DNA of 64,000 nt from Geobacteraceae bacterium (GCA_016720395.1 JADKKR010000008.1:404-64403), one strand, 5' to 3'. Shown: positions 8,772 through 18,212, counted from the first letter of the stretch. Notes: generated by a model not told the origin, from the sequence alone. A program made the numbers and translations.

Positions 8772-9908
8772 CTATGCTTCCAGCGCGTGGCGCAGGTCTT
8801 CGATCAGATCGTCGGCATCTTCGATGCCGACCGACAGGCGCAGCAGCACATTGTTGATGCCCAGCCTGGCCCGCAGCTCCGGCGGGATATCGGCATGGGT
8901 CTGCACCTCGGGGAAGGTGATCAGGCTCTCCACCCCGCCCAGGCTTTCGGCAAACGAGATCAGTTGCGTCTTGAGCAGAACCTGTTCGACCAGGGCGTGG
9001 TCGTCAACCTCGAAGGCGATCATAGCTCCGAAACCCCGTGCATCACGCTTCATCAGGTCATGGTCGGGATGATCTTTCAGGCCGGGATAAAACACTTTAC
9101 CCACACGCGGATGATTTTTCAACCAGTCTGCAATTCTGGCAGCATTCTCCTGATGACGGTCGAGGCGCACCCCCAGAGTCTTCATGCCTCGGATGGTCAG
9201 CCAGGAGTCCTGTGGACCAAGCACGGCGCCGACCGAGTTCTGGTGGAAGTAGACCAGATCAGCCAGTTGCGGGTCCTTGACAACCACCAGCCCGGCGACG
9301 GTGTCATTGTGCCCGGAAAGGTATTTCGTGGCGCTGTAGACGGTGATATCAGCCCCGAGGTCCAGAGGCCGCAGCAGGTAGGGGGTCAGGAAGGTGTTGT
9401 CGGCAATCATCAGCAGGTTGTGTTCGCGACAGATCGTCGAGAGCGCTCCCAGATCAGCGAACTTCAGGAGCGGATTGGTGAGTGTCTCTACGAAAAGCGC
9501 CTTTGTGGCAGGAGTGACAGCAGCCTTCACGGCAGCGGCATTGCTGGTATCCACGTAGGTAAAGCTCAGGCCGTACTGGCAGAAGATCTTGTCGAACAAA
9601 CGGCAGGTACCGCCGTAGAGGTCTTCGGTGACGATCAGGTGGTCGCCGCTCTTGAACAGCAGCAGCAGGTTGGTGATGGCTGCCATGCCCGAGGAGTAGG
9701 CGAATCCGCGGGCTCCGCCATCCAGGCGGGCGATGCCGTCTTCCAGGGTCTGGCGGGTCGGGTTGCCGGAACGGCTGTAATCATAGCCGGTGCTCTGTCC
9801 GAGCCCGGGGTGCCGGAAGGTGGCTGTCTGGTAGATGGGTACGGCCACTGACCCGGTCCGCGTGTCCCACTCCAATCCTGTCTGAACCGCCTGTGTTGAA
9901 ATGTGCAT
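8772..9908 (-). CDS. metB: Cys/Met-metabolism PLP enzyme, cystathionine gamma-synthase / O-acylhomoserine thiolyase-like
   Basis: YDYSRSGNPTR and YSATKYLSGHNDT motifs. RBS GGAGG 7 nt upstream of ATG 9908. Confidence 0.75.
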   Translation of the reverse strand: MHISTQAVQTGLEWDTRTGSVAVPIYQTATFRHPGLGQSTGYDYSRSGNPTRQTLEDGIARLDGGARGFAYSSGMAAITNLLLLFKSGDHLIVTEDLYGGTCRLFDKIFCQYGLSFTYVDTSNAAAVKAAVTPATKALFVETLTNPLLKFADLGALSTICREHNLLMIADNTFLTPYLLRPLDLGADITVYSATKYLSGHNDTVAGLVVVKDPQLADLVYFHQNSVGAVLGPQDSWLTIRGMKTLGVRLDRHQENAARIADWLKNHPRVGKVFYPGLKDHPDHDLMKRDARGFGAMIAFEVDDHALVEQVLLKTQLISFAESLGGVESLITFPEVQTHADIPPELRARLGINNVLLRLSVGIEDADDLIEDLRHALEA

Positions 9909-10003
9909 ATCATACCTCCGTACCCTGGTACACAGGGTAATCAGGATAAGTGCGTTAACAAAATCATTCTGCCAGAGACCGCAGAACTGATTTTTATCGC
10001 ACT

Positions 10004-10160
10004 AAAAATGGAAATCCCCATCCAGGGGTTGGAAGGGGATTGCTCCATCCTTCCTTATCTTCCGGGATCAGGGTGATCCCGCTGGAATTGGCACCTTGCC
10101 CTTACAGGCTGGTTGCCGCGACGTCTCAGGGCCAGTCCCTCAGTCGCTCTCGATAAGTAG
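10004..10160 (-). promoter_or_regulatory. SAM-I (S-box) riboswitch with intrinsic terminator
   Basis: The minus strand reads CTTATCGAGAGCGACTGAGGGACTGGCCCTGAGACGTCGCGGCAACC...GGTGCCAATTCCAGC...GGAAGATAAGG, which is the canonical S-box core. Then hairpin ATCCCCTTCCA/TGGATGGGGAT followed by TTCCATTTTT. Confidence 0.9.
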
Positions 10161-10203
10161 TGCAGGTATGTTTACTTTTTTGTGTGTAAACGATGAAAAT
10201 AAA

Positions 10204-10231
10204 ATTATCAGTATTACACTTCAATTGTCAA
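10204..10231 (-). promoter_or_regulatory. sigma70-type promoter of the riboswitch-met operon
   Basis: TTGACA, 16-nt spacer, GATAAT on the minus strand, about 40 nt upstream of riboswitch helix P1. Confidence 0.6.
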
Positions 10232-10318
10232 TAATATTTTTTATTACAAGTTGTAAAGTACTTTAATTTAGTCGGCAATCTTCTGCGCATGGGTACCGGC
10301 CGTCGTCGGGCATCATTT

Positions 10319-10822
10319 TCAGGGCAATTGCTTCGCCATGACAAAATCATCCATGGCAAATCCGTTGCCGATGTCAACCACGACGGTCTCGGCAACCTGC
10401 CATCCTGCACGTTCATAGGCCCGGATGGCCTTGGTGTTATGCCTGTTGACGTTCAGGACCAGTGCGGATGCAGCGTTCAGTCTGGCTATCCGCTCCACCT
10501 CAGCCAACGCCCGTGCTCCGATACCTGTCCCGTGATGCTCCGGAAGCAGGTAGAGCTTGTGAAGCTTCATGACGCCCGGCGCGTGGGGGCCAAGAGCAGC
10601 AAACCCGATCATGCTGTCGCCGGACTTGATTGTCAGCCAGATCACGCCCTGGTTGTGGATCTCGTCCAGAATAACCTGCCTGGTGTAGCCGCGTTCCAGC
10701 ATGTAATCGATCTGTTCCACGGAGATAATCTCGGGATAGTGGGCGTGCCAGATGCGGTATGCCAGGGGGATAAGCATATCGATGTCTGATTCGTCCAGCA
10801 GTGAAATGGAAACCTGATCCAT
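10319..10822 (-). CDS. GNAT family N-acetyltransferase
   Basis: Acetyl-CoA motif HHGTGIGARAL. ATG 10822 preceded by GAGGAG; the track start at 10870 is less likely. Confidence 0.8.
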   Translation of the reverse strand: MDQVSISLLDESDIDMLIPLAYRIWHAHYPEIISVEQIDYMLERGYTRQVILDEIHNQGVIWLTIKSGDSMIGFAALGPHAPGVMKLHKLYLLPEHHGTGIGARALAEVERIARLNAASALVLNVNRHNTKAIRAYERAGWQVAETVVVDIGNGFAMDDFVMAKQLP

Positions 10823-11017
10823 GGTAAACTCCTCAATGAAATAACGCTGCTGAGGCCGGTATTGTAGCATTGCCGGCGATGTCTGTCATCACAGCGAGTG
10901 AAAAAAAGTGCATGAATAGTATTTGTAATCGTTCCTGATTACGATATGCTTGGACAAAAGAAGTCCCGAACGAATCCGCTTCCATGAACCATTCGAAAAC
11001 CCCTGAAAGGAGTTGGT

Positions 11018-12289
11018 ATGAAACGATCTTGGACAGCAGGCATAACGGTTGTATGCGGTTTTTACCTGGCCATGGCACTACCCGGCCAGGCGGCTGAGAA
11101 GACCAAACCCTATCCCCATTACTGGATGAGTGTGTCTACCTCCAACCAGAGCATACCCGGCATGTCGGCGGAAATGTCCGGTTTAGCCGGGCTGTTCGGC
11201 GGCAAAAACGCCTTTGGTCCGCGGCGGGATCTGCTTCTGCAGCTCGAATCGCCCATGCCCGCATCCGGTCCCCCCCAGGCCTCCCACGGGATACCCCCCG
11301 GGCAGAACATGGGGGCTTCGCTGCCGCTTGTGACGCCCAAGATCGAAAAGAGCGACTACGTGCCGGCTGAGCGAGGTACACCGGAAAAATATGAAAAGCC
11401 GAAAGCACGCATGCTGATCTACTGGGGGTGTGGCGAGACGGTGGGCAAAGGACAGCCCCGGGTAATTGACACCGCCAAAATGTCTACTGCCGATTTCGGC
11501 AAGGCCTTTGCCGGGCGGACGCCGACGCGCCAGACTCCTCCATCCCCCCGCAAGGGCTGGGTCTATGGAGAATGGCCCAATCAGGAGGACAAAACCGATG
11601 TGCCCAAGGATGCCTCAATGGTCGGAAACCATCTGGTGACAGGTAATTACCTGCCGGATATCCCCTTTTCGCTGGATAAGAAACGCGATTTCATGGCGCC
11701 GGTGGAGTTCTCTCCGATTCAGGCTGCGGCCAACGGGGCTTTGAAGGTGGAGTGGCTGGCCATCCCTACGGCAATAGGATACTTCGCCTCTGCCATGGGC
11801 CATGACCAGAATTCCGGAGATTCCATTTTCTGGTCCTCCAGCGAGGTGCCCGAGATCGGCTTTGGTTTGCAGGATTATCTGACACCGGCCGATGTCAGCC
11901 GCTTTATCAAGGAAAAGGTCGTTATGGAGTCCACCCGGACGACCTGTACCGTCCCGCCTGTTTTCAAGGAGCAGGCAGCCATGCTTCAGTTCATAGCCTA
12001 TGGCGAGGAGTTGAATCTGGTGCAGCCGCCCAAGCCGAAGGATCCCAAAAAAGCATGGAACCCCACGTGGTCGGTCAAGGTACGCCTTAAATCTACCGGT
12101 ATGACGACCCTGACGGCCGGCGATGACGGAAGCGCCAGCAAGCGTAAGTCCTCATCAAAACGCAGGCAGGCCGCACCGGTTTCTGATGAGGAAAGTACCA
12201 CCAAGGCTGGAGAAGAAGAGACTGATTCCAGCGCTACGAAGTCAAAGAACGGGGTAGGGGACCGTATAAAGGGTCTGTTCGGCTTCTAG
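11018..12289 (+). CDS. secreted hypothetical protein with Ser/Lys-rich C-terminus
   Basis: RBS GAAAGGAG, signal peptide ...AMALPGQA, 423 aa. No known motif. Confidence 0.65.
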   Translation: MKRSWTAGITVVCGFYLAMALPGQAAEKTKPYPHYWMSVSTSNQSIPGMSAEMSGLAGLFGGKNAFGPRRDLLLQLESPMPASGPPQASHGIPPGQNMGASLPLVTPKIEKSDYVPAERGTPEKYEKPKARMLIYWGCGETVGKGQPRVIDTAKMSTADFGKAFAGRTPTRQTPPSPRKGWVYGEWPNQEDKTDVPKDASMVGNHLVTGNYLPDIPFSLDKKRDFMAPVEFSPIQAAANGALKVEWLAIPTAIGYFASAMGHDQNSGDSIFWSSSEVPEIGFGLQDYLTPADVSRFIKEKVVMESTRTTCTVPPVFKEQAAMLQFIAYGEELNLVQPPKPKDPKKAWNPTWSVKVRLKSTGMTTLTAGDDGSASKRKSSSKRRQAAPVSDEESTTKAGEEETDSSATKSKNGVGDRIKGLFGF

Positions 12290-12339
12290 ATCTGTTATCC
12301 ACCCGCAGCACGAGAGACTGCAGAGATGGCACGGCAGAC

Positions 12340-12966
12340 TCAGGGCCTTTTCTTTCTGTCAGGACCGCAGACAAGACTTCGCAGGGTGTCGGTGGTCGTT
12401 CCCGGCCGGATGGGTGAGAATTTCTGGTTTTTTCCGGCGGAAGCATACTCGGCCAGCAGCTCCCTGTAGTAGCCGTGTACGCTTATCTGAGGCTGGCGGT
12501 AGGTTCGCCTGAAGCAGTTGATCTCTGTAAGGAAGGTGATCTTTCTGATCTTGATGTGATCGGAATAGACAGAGTTGTAGAGTTCCGTCCTGTTGGGGTT
12601 CGGATAAACCGCCACCAGTGCCGTCACCCTGCTGCCGTCCCGTTTCAGGCTCTGGGCATCATAAAACCATGGACCGCTGTCAACAGACCTGCTGAAACTC
12701 TTCCAGCGGCTGGTGTCCAGTTCGATGCTTCTGAGCATGGCGTCGTAGAAGATGTCATACTGATCAGGATCCGGTTCAGACTGGACCGACCCGGCCTCTT
12801 CGGCGAGGACTGAGGCGCCGGTTGTCACCATCATGAGTGCCAGCACGAGTACGAGCGTGAGGCCCGTGCGTTGCAGGCATGCCGGTGCGGAATTCCATAA
12901 CCATCTAAATCTACTCAAAGTGTTCATGACCTGTGCCGTTGGTACCATCATCTTCACTGCGGCCAC
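12340..12966 (-). CDS. hypothetical membrane-anchored/secreted protein (possibly Adhesin_E-like fold)
   Basis: Hydrophobic N-terminus LTLVLVLALMMVTTGASVLA. Conserved Cys pair pattern C...VC at the C-terminus. Start uncertain (GTG 12966 or ATG 12927). Confidence 0.5.
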   Translation of the reverse strand: MAAVKMMVPTAQVMNTLSRFRWLWNSAPACLQRTGLTLVLVLALMMVTTGASVLAEEAGSVQSEPDPDQYDIFYDAMLRSIELDTSRWKSFSRSVDSGPWFYDAQSLKRDGSRVTALVAVYPNPNRTELYNSVYSDHIKIRKITFLTEINCFRRTYRQPQISVHGYYRELLAEYASAGKNQKFSPIRPGTTTDTLRSLVCGPDRKKRP

Positions 12967-13074
12967 AAATTACTACCCCCTGATCTCTCAAGTCAACTTA
13001 ATCAGAAGTTGCACGCCTGATCGACCGCTCCCGGCACAGCCATATTACCAGCCGTATGAGCAGTTTCAGCAGTA

Positions 13075-13107
13075 ACAAAAAATCCCTGATGGCAGAAGCC
13101 ATCAGGG
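13075..13107 (-). terminator. rho-independent terminator (minus strand)
   Basis: Perfect 10-bp stem CCCTGATGGC-agaa-GCCATCAGGG followed on the minus strand by ATTTTTTG. Confidence 0.55.
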
Positions 13108-13487
13108 CATAGTGCTGACGGCAGAAAAGGAGAGCGTCAGCGGCAACCGGTAGATTTTTATTGTTATAGGTCTAATCGTTGATAAATGTTTACAGGTAAT
13201 CAGCCGGCTTGTCTGTAGGGAGAACTTGAGAATGGAAAATATATATTTGACAGAATGACGGAATCAGTCGTGATATTTAAAAGGGCTTGCAGAAGAATCC
13301 GCAAGCCTTGAATTTTTTGAGCAGTTTGCCGGATTCAAGCCGACGGACTCATTATTGCGAGTGCATGGCTCGCGAGGCTCCTGGGTGCACTCAGGAGCCT
13401 CACATATGAACCAATTCTTTGTTGCATCATCCGCGTGGAGACCGGGATGTTTCAACTCCCGGGCTACCCTCTCTGAGCCGTTTTCCG

Positions 13488-15893
13488 CTACTCTGTGCTC
13501 AGGTATTCCAGCGTGATAGTCACTGTCCTGTTGAATGAACGGGCTTCCGGAGACAGGTTGTCGAACAGAGGACTGTTCGGACCGACTCCCGAGTAACGGA
13601 TACGTTCGCCAGGTGCTTCTCCGTAAGCAGCCGCCAGCAGCTTGTAAATCGCCACTGCCCGACGCTCGGAGAGTTTGAGGTTGTAGGCTTCCCTGCCGAT
13701 GTTGTCGGTGTGACCGACGATCTCGACGGTAGCCTGGGGAAGAGACTTGATGCGTTCCACAATCCTGGTGACGATCTCCCGGTTCTGAGCTTCGATCGTA
13801 TCCTTGTCGAATTCGAACAGGATCAGGGCGTATTTTTCCTGAACCCGCAACTCCTGCTTCTGGGCGAGCCGCTGACTGGTCTGGATGAAGGTGACTTTGA
13901 CCGGATCAGGAGCAAGCACCATACTCTGTCCCCTGCTGTCCTGCAGTTCCATCTTCACCGTGATGTCGCCGGCGGCGGCCAGCGCCTTGAGGTCTCCGGT
14001 GACCAGCGGAATCGAGATCTCCTTGCCAGGTGATCCCTTCCCGCTCAGTCCAGCCAAGCTTCCCGCAGAGTTGGCGGCTGTCAGCTTCCAGCCTGCAATC
14101 CCGTTCGGCGCAACGACGTCCGGCCGCACCGTCAGGGTGGATGCATCGATCCGGGTTGTCAGGTAGGTGCTCCGGATCGGGGCAAGGATTGCCGGATCAG
14201 TCGAAATGATCTCAACCCTGCGGTTCTCCTCCTGTCCTTGCTTGAGCCGGGTGGAACTCGGTTTCTCCGGCAGGTTGCGGACCTGGATCGTCATCCGCTC
14301 CGGGGCAACACTCCAGACCGTCTGCAGATAATCCCGTACCGCCTCGGCGCGCCGGGCAGAAAGTTTTTTGTTGCCCTTTTCCTTGCCGGTGTTGTCATTG
14401 CAGCCGACCAGCGTGATCGTGGCCGCGGGCCTGGCGGTCAGCCGTTTGCCGACGATATTCAGATCCTGGTAGTATTTTTCGAGGGTACCGCTGAAGGTCT
14501 GCTCATCGAAGCCGGCCGTATCGCCAGGGCCGCTGAAACGGACATAGCGGGGCTGAATCTCGCCGGCCGCCTTGGCGAAGTAGATATGGCCGAGCATCGG
14601 CGAGGAATCGATGGTCTTGATCTCTTCGATCGTCAGGCTTGCAGGTACAACCGACAGACCGGCACGGGTCTGCACGAGTGTAATTTTGACCGGCGCCGCG
14701 GTCAGCTGCAGGCGCTGTCCATTGCGATCCTCCAGTTCCATCCTCACCGCAAGGTCACCACCGGCGGCAAGCGCCTGCAGGTCTGTCGTCGGCAAGGGGA
14801 TCTTCAGCTCCGGAGCAGGTGCACCTTCCGCAGCCAGTTCTGCCACGACACCCCTGGCGTTGGTGACGACCGCCTTCCAGCGTACGATCCCGGATTCCGC
14901 ATCCACCACCGGCCGCAGCGTCAGCTCTGATGTGCTGATTCTCAAGGAGGGTGAGATGGCCCCCATGGAGCGGACCTCATCGATAGTCAGGCCGGTTGGG
15001 GCGACACTGAATGTGCCCGTGGGGAGGAACAGGTAATTGACGACGTAATAATGCTCCATCTTGGAGGCGACCTTCTGGAAGATGGGGACAAGATTTGTCT
15101 CGGACGTGGCCTTCCAGGTTTCTCCGCGGTTCTGTCTGGTAAATGCGGTCAGGAACTTGTCGGTAGACGAGCCCTGCATGTAATCGATTGCATAGGCATT
15201 AAAACCTTTGATGCCCCGTGACGCTTTGGAGACAACCTCGCTCTTGAAGCCGCTGTTCAGGTCCTGCCCGTCGGAAAAGACCACCATGAAGCGGGGTTCC
15301 GTGGACGGCATATTCTTGATGATCTCAAGGCCGGCATACATCCCCTCATGAAGAAAGGTCTTGGAGGTGATGCCGTCGCTGTAAGCCTTAGCCGTAAAGG
15401 CCTTCAGTTCGTCTGGCTGGTTTGATTTGTATGTCCGCACATGCAGATTGCGGCCTCCCATATTAACCGTATTCTTGTTGTCAAATACGACAATCTGCAC
15501 ATCATCGACCGGCCGGACAATCTTCAGCAGTTCGCTTACGCCGGCAAGCAGTGAGTCGACAGCGTGGCGTTCTTCCATCGAGTACGAATTGTCCAGAACC
15601 AGCACAATATGCCGGGGAACGTCCTGGCTTTCTGCGATCGGCTGCACCGAGGTGACCTTGGCAGTCCGGCCGGATTGGGTTACGGAAAAGTCAGCGGTAC
15701 TCAACCCAAGCAGCGGTTTCTTCTTGGCATTCTCTACACTTGCCAGGATCCTGCCGTCCTTGATGACCCGATCGATTGTCACCTTTGCGCCGGGCTTGGC
15801 GACACGGACCATTAATCCGGTGCCAACGGCAGCGAGGGCCGTCCCGCTCACCAGCATTGCAATCAGTACTATCCAGATTTGTTTGATCAACAT
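13488..15893 (-). CDS. vWA-domain protein with two OmpA-like peptidoglycan-binding domains
   Basis: MIDAS motif LDNSYSM. OmpA motifs LVGCNDNTGKEKGNKKLSARRA and IVGHTDNIGREAYNLKLSERRA. Start ATG 15893 (RBS AAGGAG, signal peptide MLIKQIWIVLIAMLVSGTALA); the track ORF extends to 16181 without support. Confidence 0.85.
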   Translation of the reverse strand: MLIKQIWIVLIAMLVSGTALAAVGTGLMVRVAKPGAKVTIDRVIKDGRILASVENAKKKPLLGLSTADFSVTQSGRTAKVTSVQPIAESQDVPRHIVLVLDNSYSMEERHAVDSLLAGVSELLKIVRPVDDVQIVVFDNKNTVNMGGRNLHVRTYKSNQPDELKAFTAKAYSDGITSKTFLHEGMYAGLEIIKNMPSTEPRFMVVFSDGQDLNSGFKSEVVSKASRGIKGFNAYAIDYMQGSSTDKFLTAFTRQNRGETWKATSETNLVPIFQKVASKMEHYYVVNYLFLPTGTFSVAPTGLTIDEVRSMGAISPSLRISTSELTLRPVVDAESGIVRWKAVVTNARGVVAELAAEGAPAPELKIPLPTTDLQALAAGGDLAVRMELEDRNGQRLQLTAAPVKITLVQTRAGLSVVPASLTIEEIKTIDSSPMLGHIYFAKAAGEIQPRYVRFSGPGDTAGFDEQTFSGTLEKYYQDLNIVGKRLTARPAATITLVGCNDNTGKEKGNKKLSARRAEAVRDYLQTVWSVAPERMTIQVRNLPEKPSSTRLKQGQEENRRVEIISTDPAILAPIRSTYLTTRIDASTLTVRPDVVAPNGIAGWKLTAANSAGSLAGLSGKGSPGKEISIPLVTGDLKALAAAGDITVKMELQDSRGQSMVLAPDPVKVTFIQTSQRLAQKQELRVQEKYALILFEFDKDTIEAQNREIVTRIVERIKSLPQATVEIVGHTDNIGREAYNLKLSERRAVAIYKLLAAAYGEAPGERIRYSGVGPNSPLFDNLSPEARSFNRTVTITLEYLSTE

Positions 15894-16262
15894 AGATTCG
15901 ATACTCCTTTTATTACTGCGAGTTGGCATCCATACGTAAGCTCTGGATGCGATAATAGCTGCCCAGAGTAGTCCGAAACTGAAATTCCGGCGTCGGTATT
16001 TCAATATGTTGGATGGGCATATTGATTCGTTGCAAATACAGGTTGTCTTTTTCCAGATACTGTCCAATAAGGCAACTAATGTGCCACTGATGATCCGGAG
16101 AGGTTTCGGGTCTAACAGTCTGATTCTACTTGAAATGACAAATAGAGAGCGGGATGGTAAAACGGGGTCACGACATGTCATCCCGTCGGGTTTAGCATAA
16201 ATGCCATATATGACGGGCAGCGTCGGGTTGGATGATGTGGTTAAGAATACGGAAGGGTATTT

Positions 16263-16301
16263 GAAAAGTAAAAGGACTTACACCGTGTGGCATAAGTCCT
16301 T
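16263..16301 (-). terminator. terminator downstream of tRNA-Thr
   Basis: AAGGACTTA-loop-TAAGTCCTT followed on the minus strand by TTTTACTTTTC. Confidence 0.7.
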
Positions 16302-16308
16302 GTTCAGT

Positions 16309-16384
16309 TGGAGCCGTTTGTCGGAATCGAACCGACGACCTCATCATTACGAGTGATGTGCTCTACCAACTGAGCTAAAACGGC
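16309..16384 (-). tRNA. tRNA-Thr (anticodon CGT)
   Basis: The reverse complement GCCGTTTTAGCTCAGTTGGTAGAGCACATCACTCGTAATGATGAGGTCGTCGGTTCGATTCCGACAAACGGCTCCA folds as a cloverleaf with anticodon loop CTCGTAA and an encoded CCA. Confidence 0.95.
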
Positions 16385-16543
16385 ACGGTAAATATGAGGC
16401 TCATTTTCTATAACAAAAACGAGCCGTCGTCAATGGTAAAGGCACAGGTCGCTTTATCCACGTACTGCATCCAAGGCTTCCCGGACTGGCACGAGATTGT
16501 CCCTAGCAACATTGCAGTTACTTTTTCAGGCACAAAATAATTC

Positions 16544-16587
16544 TTGACACGAATAATAATTTTGTTTATCTATAGTCTTAATAGATA
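16544..16587 (+). promoter_or_regulatory. rrf2 promoter with overlapping 21-bp palindromic operator
   Basis: TTGACA (16544-49), 17-nt spacer, TATCTA. Palindrome TATCTAT-N7-ATAGATA at 16567-16587 reaches the ATG, so the mRNA would be nearly leaderless. Confidence 0.6.
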
Positions 16588-17048
16588 TGATATCCAAGAA
16601 AACAATATACGCCTTCAAAGCGCTGATACATCTTGCCGGGACTCCCAGCGGTCAACCAGTGCTGATCGCCGACCTGGCCAGGGTTGAGAACATACCCAAG
16701 AAATTTCTTGAGTTCATACTGCTGTCCTTACGCAAAGGCGGACTGCTTCAAAGCAGGGTTGGAAAAGGGGGCGGGTATACCCTGGCTCTGCCGGCTAACA
16801 GGATTAGCATCGGTTCGATCGTGCGGATACTTGAGGGTGATATCGCTCCGGTACAATGTCTCAGTACAACCAATTATGCGCGCTGCGAAGAATGTCAGGA
16901 TGAGGCTACCTGTGGAATCCGGCTTACCATGGCCGATGTGAATGTGGCCCTCTGCACTGTTCTTGACGGACTGACCCTGGCGGATATGATCGAGCGAAGT
17001 GAGGCGGAGCGAAATAAGCGGCAGAATGTAGTCGATTACAACATATAA
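16587..17048 (+). CDS. Rrf2-family transcriptional regulator (CymR/IscR-like, probable Fe-S ligand cysteines)
   Basis: N-terminal wHTH MISKKTIYAFKALIHLA...GGGYTL. Cys cluster CLSTTNYARCEECQDEATC. Lies upstream of cysK. Confidence 0.85.
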   Translation: MISKKTIYAFKALIHLAGTPSGQPVLIADLARVENIPKKFLEFILLSLRKGGLLQSRVGKGGGYTLALPANRISIGSIVRILEGDIAPVQCLSTTNYARCEECQDEATCGIRLTMADVNVALCTVLDGLTLADMIERSEAERNKRQNVVDYNI

Positions 17049-17114
17049 TTTTTTTCAGCGTAATGCCTATGTATTCTATAGAAAATTAAATAGTGGCTAC
17101 GAAAGGAGATTTCA

Positions 17115-18068
17115 ATGAGCAAGATCTATGCAGACAACTCCCAGTCCATCGGCAACACTCCCCTGGTTAAGCTGAACAACATTGTCGGAAACGCAAAGGC
17201 CACCATCCTGGTCAAGGTTGAGGGACGTAACCCTGCCTATTCGGTCAAGTGCCGCATCGGTGCCAACATGATCTGGGATGCTGAGAAGCGGGGGATCCTC
17301 AAGCCGGGAGTCGAGATCATCGAGCCGACCTCAGGAAACACCGGCATCGCACTGGCTTACGTGGCCGCCGCCCGTGGCTATAAGCTGACCCTTACCATGC
17401 CTGAGACCATGAGCATCGAGCGCCGCCGCGTATTGGCCGCCCTGGGTGCCAACCTGATCCTGACCCCGGGTGCCGAAGGAATGAAGGGTGCTATCAGCCG
17501 GGCCGAAGAGATCGCCGCTGCCGAACCTGACAAATATTTTCTGCCCCAGCAGTTCAAGAACCCGGCCAACCCGGAGATTCACGAGAAGACCACCGGTCCC
17601 GAAATCTGGAACGACACCGACGGTGCAATCGACGTCCTGGTTGCCGGGGTCGGTACGGGGGGGACCATTACCGGTATATCCCGCTATATCAAGAACACCA
17701 GGGGCAAGAAGATCATCTCTGTAGCGGTGGAGCCCAAGGAAAGCCCGGTTATCAGCCAGAAGCTGGCCGGTCAGGAAATTAAGCCGGCACCGCACAAGAT
17801 TCAGGGAATCGGTGCCGGTTTCATCCCCGACACCCTTGACCTCTCTGTCGTCGACCGGGTGGAGCAGGTATCCAGTGACGAAGCGATTGAGTTTGCCAAG
17901 CGTCTGGCCAAGGAGGAGGGCCTGCTTGTGGGCATCTCCTGCGGCGCTGCGGTTGCTGCCGCAGTCAGGCTCGCCAACCTTGATGAATTTGCCGGCAAGA
18001 CGATTGTTGTCATACTGCCTGACGGTGCCGAGCGCTATCTTTCCACGGCGCTGTTCGAAGGGATCTGA
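17115..18068 (+). CDS. cysK: cysteine synthase A (O-acetylserine sulfhydrylase)
   Basis: [12 protein letters not shown] lysine in [15 protein letters not shown] loop. RBS AAAGGAG. Confidence 0.92.
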   Translation: MSKIYADNSQSIGNTPLVKLNNIVGNAKATILVKVEGRNPAYSVKCRIGANMIWDAEKRGILKPGVEIIEPTSGNTGIALAYVAAARGYKLTLTMPETMSIERRRVLAALGANLILTPGAEGMKGAISRAEEIAAAEPDKYFLPQQFKNPANPEIHEKTTGPEIWNDTDGAIDVLVAGVGTGGTITGISRYIKNTRGKKIISVAVEPKESPVISQKLAGQEIKPAPHKIQGIGAGFIPDTLDLSVVDRVEQVSSDEAIEFAKRLAKEEGLLVGISCGAAVAAAVRLANLDEFAGKTIVVILPDGAERYLSTALFEGI

Positions 18069-18212
18069 TGCTGCTGCACAACTCCGAAGCATGGAACCGG
18101 TGTCTTGTGTGTTGATCAGAACGTGCCGGCTTCGATACGGTTCCGGCACTTTCATCTGGTTTCACAGAGTGACTGACATATAGATAGAGTAGACAGACTA
18201 TCCAGTTTTATT

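Noticed and set aside
8160-9851. 563-aa plus-strand ORF, the longest in this part of the track
   Set aside because: It lies antisense to two well-supported PLP enzyme genes. Its composition is Gly/Arg/Ala/Val/Gln-rich and low in complexity, with no RBS or motif. This is a typical shadow ORF of GC-rich coding DNA.
13264-13455. 63-aa Cys-containing small ORF (minus strand) with a GGGAG upstream
   Set aside because: The sequence is dominated by perfect inverted repeats. A hairpin lies within its 3' end and it resembles nothing known. I kept it only as part of the structured-region finding.
16481-16496. Sigma54-like element TGGCACgagatTGTC upstream of rrf2
   Set aside because: The critical -12 GC is TGT(C) instead of TTGC. 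A good sigma70 promoter lies closer to the gene, and no enhancer-binding protein is nearby.
17331-18155. 274-aa minus-strand ORF opposite cysK, plus similar antisense ORFs at 1860-2660, 23564-24403, 38176-39057, 49748-50482, 55626-56123 and 5960-6613
   Set aside because: All overlap genes with strong family signatures on the other strand. None shows conserved motifs, a signal sequence or a Shine-Dalgarno sequence.
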